This document shows positions 63,198 to 64,000 of a stretch of 64,000 nt of DNA, in pieces. The notes under the pieces were generated by a model that saw only the letters and a program-made list of their open reading frames with translations, was not told where the DNA came from and did no database searches. The stretch lies in NCBI GenBank assembly GCA_963760795.1, contig CAVXEP010000020.1, forward strand, positions 161,807 to 225,806, read 5' to 3'. This DNA comes from an uncultured delta proteobacterium. GTDB taxonomy: Bacteria; Desulfobacterota; Binatia; UBA9968. How positions within the stretch are numbered: the stretch's first letter is position 1; every line of letters begins with the position of its first letter. A program made the translations under genes and the position numbers.

Positions 63198-63779
63198 TCA
63201 CCAACTCTCCAACGACTCGACCCAGATCAACTCGCAGGCGCCCGCACCGCTGTCGCTGCGTGACAGCGAGCTTTTCCAGCGAAAACCGTCCTTACTCGTC
63301 GCTTCCACCAGGTATCCTTTGATATGTACGAGATTTCCCGCGCGGGTCGATTTCAGCCGGCGCTCGATGTCGTCGTCTGCCGGAATCATGTGCATGTTGG
63401 CACTATGGCTTTCGATGACATTGCGGGGAAGCGGAAATTTCTGCGCCCACCAGCTATAGAAGCGTCCGCCTTGGGAGAAGCTAATCTGCTTCAAAATATC
63501 GCTGTTGGACATCGGCCCCCAACCCAAAGCGAGGTCCACCGGCGATAGCGCCGCGCCGCGGTCAAAGCGATAACTTTCAACAGCGAGTACCCGCGCTCTG
63601 ATATCGAAGCTGGCGAGGAGCGCGATCTGGAAGCCATTCTTCTCGCGCAACCGCGACGTGTAAACCTGGCGCTGGAATGGTTCTTCCGACACCAGTACGC
63701 CTCCCGGACGGGCAATCTCTCGACCACTCCAGAAATACACGCCGAAAAGCAGCGCGCCGATGAACCAGAACTCTTTCAT
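63198..63779 (-). CDS. Hypothetical protein with N-terminal membrane anchor
   Basis: MKEFWFIGALLFGVYFW; globular-looking body with SPVDLALGWG and HSANMHMIPA; no function recognised. Confidence 0.75.
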   Translation of the reverse strand: MKEFWFIGALLFGVYFWSGREIARPGGVLVSEEPFQRQVYTSRLREKNGFQIALLASFDIRARVLAVESYRFDRGAALSPVDLALGWGPMSNSDILKQISFSQGGRFYSWWAQKFPLPRNVIESHSANMHMIPADDDIERRLKSTRAGNLVHIKGYLVEATSKDGFRWKSSLSRSDSGAGACELIWVESLESW

Positions 63780-64000
63780 TGTAATCGATCTGCGCTGACA
63801 GTTTACCCAACCCTGGCAGGCCAGAGAAGCCAAAAGATTGAGCCGCTAGTTTAGTGCCGGTGAACGGTTTAACAGCAATCTTCATGAGCTTTTCCCTACT
63901 ACCATTGATTGAGATCCAAGCGAACCTAACACAGTTTCGACTAAAAGTTTTGCGCTATGCCGATGTCGTCAACCGTCGATGCGGACACACCAATGTAACC

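Overview
GC-rich bacterial chromosomal window. The gene mix suggests Candidatus Binatia/Binatota or a similar lineage (inference only). It is dominated by catabolic and solute-binding genes: 12 SsuA/NMT1-THI5-like and 5 Bug/TctC solute-binding proteins plus one family-3 SBP, with no ABC permease/ATPase or TctAB in the window. Enzymes include four amidohydrolases, three luciferase-like monooxygenases, two PuuE-like deacetylases, two maleate-isomerase/AMDase-like proteins, two VOC proteins, a Rieske oxygenase, a TcuA-like flavoprotein and a MetE-like protein. Housekeeping or envelope genes include rlpA, pal, tex, a SPOR protein and a J-domain protein. Highlights: (i) an exported peroxiredoxin missed by the ORF track, with an in-frame TGA at the peroxidatic position (TPT-U) followed by a SECIS-like hairpin, i.e. 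a probable selenoprotein; (ii) a Cys-less LOV-like PAS/sigma54 activator with phased TGAGACA sites and a -24/-12 promoter in front of a fasciclin gene; (iii) a family of modular, co-oriented intergenic elements built from 9-nt-periodic hairpins and GTAG REPs. About 11 genes carry small insertion frameshifts that look like long-read sequencing errors. No rRNA, tRNA, CRISPR array, transposase or prophage was recognised.
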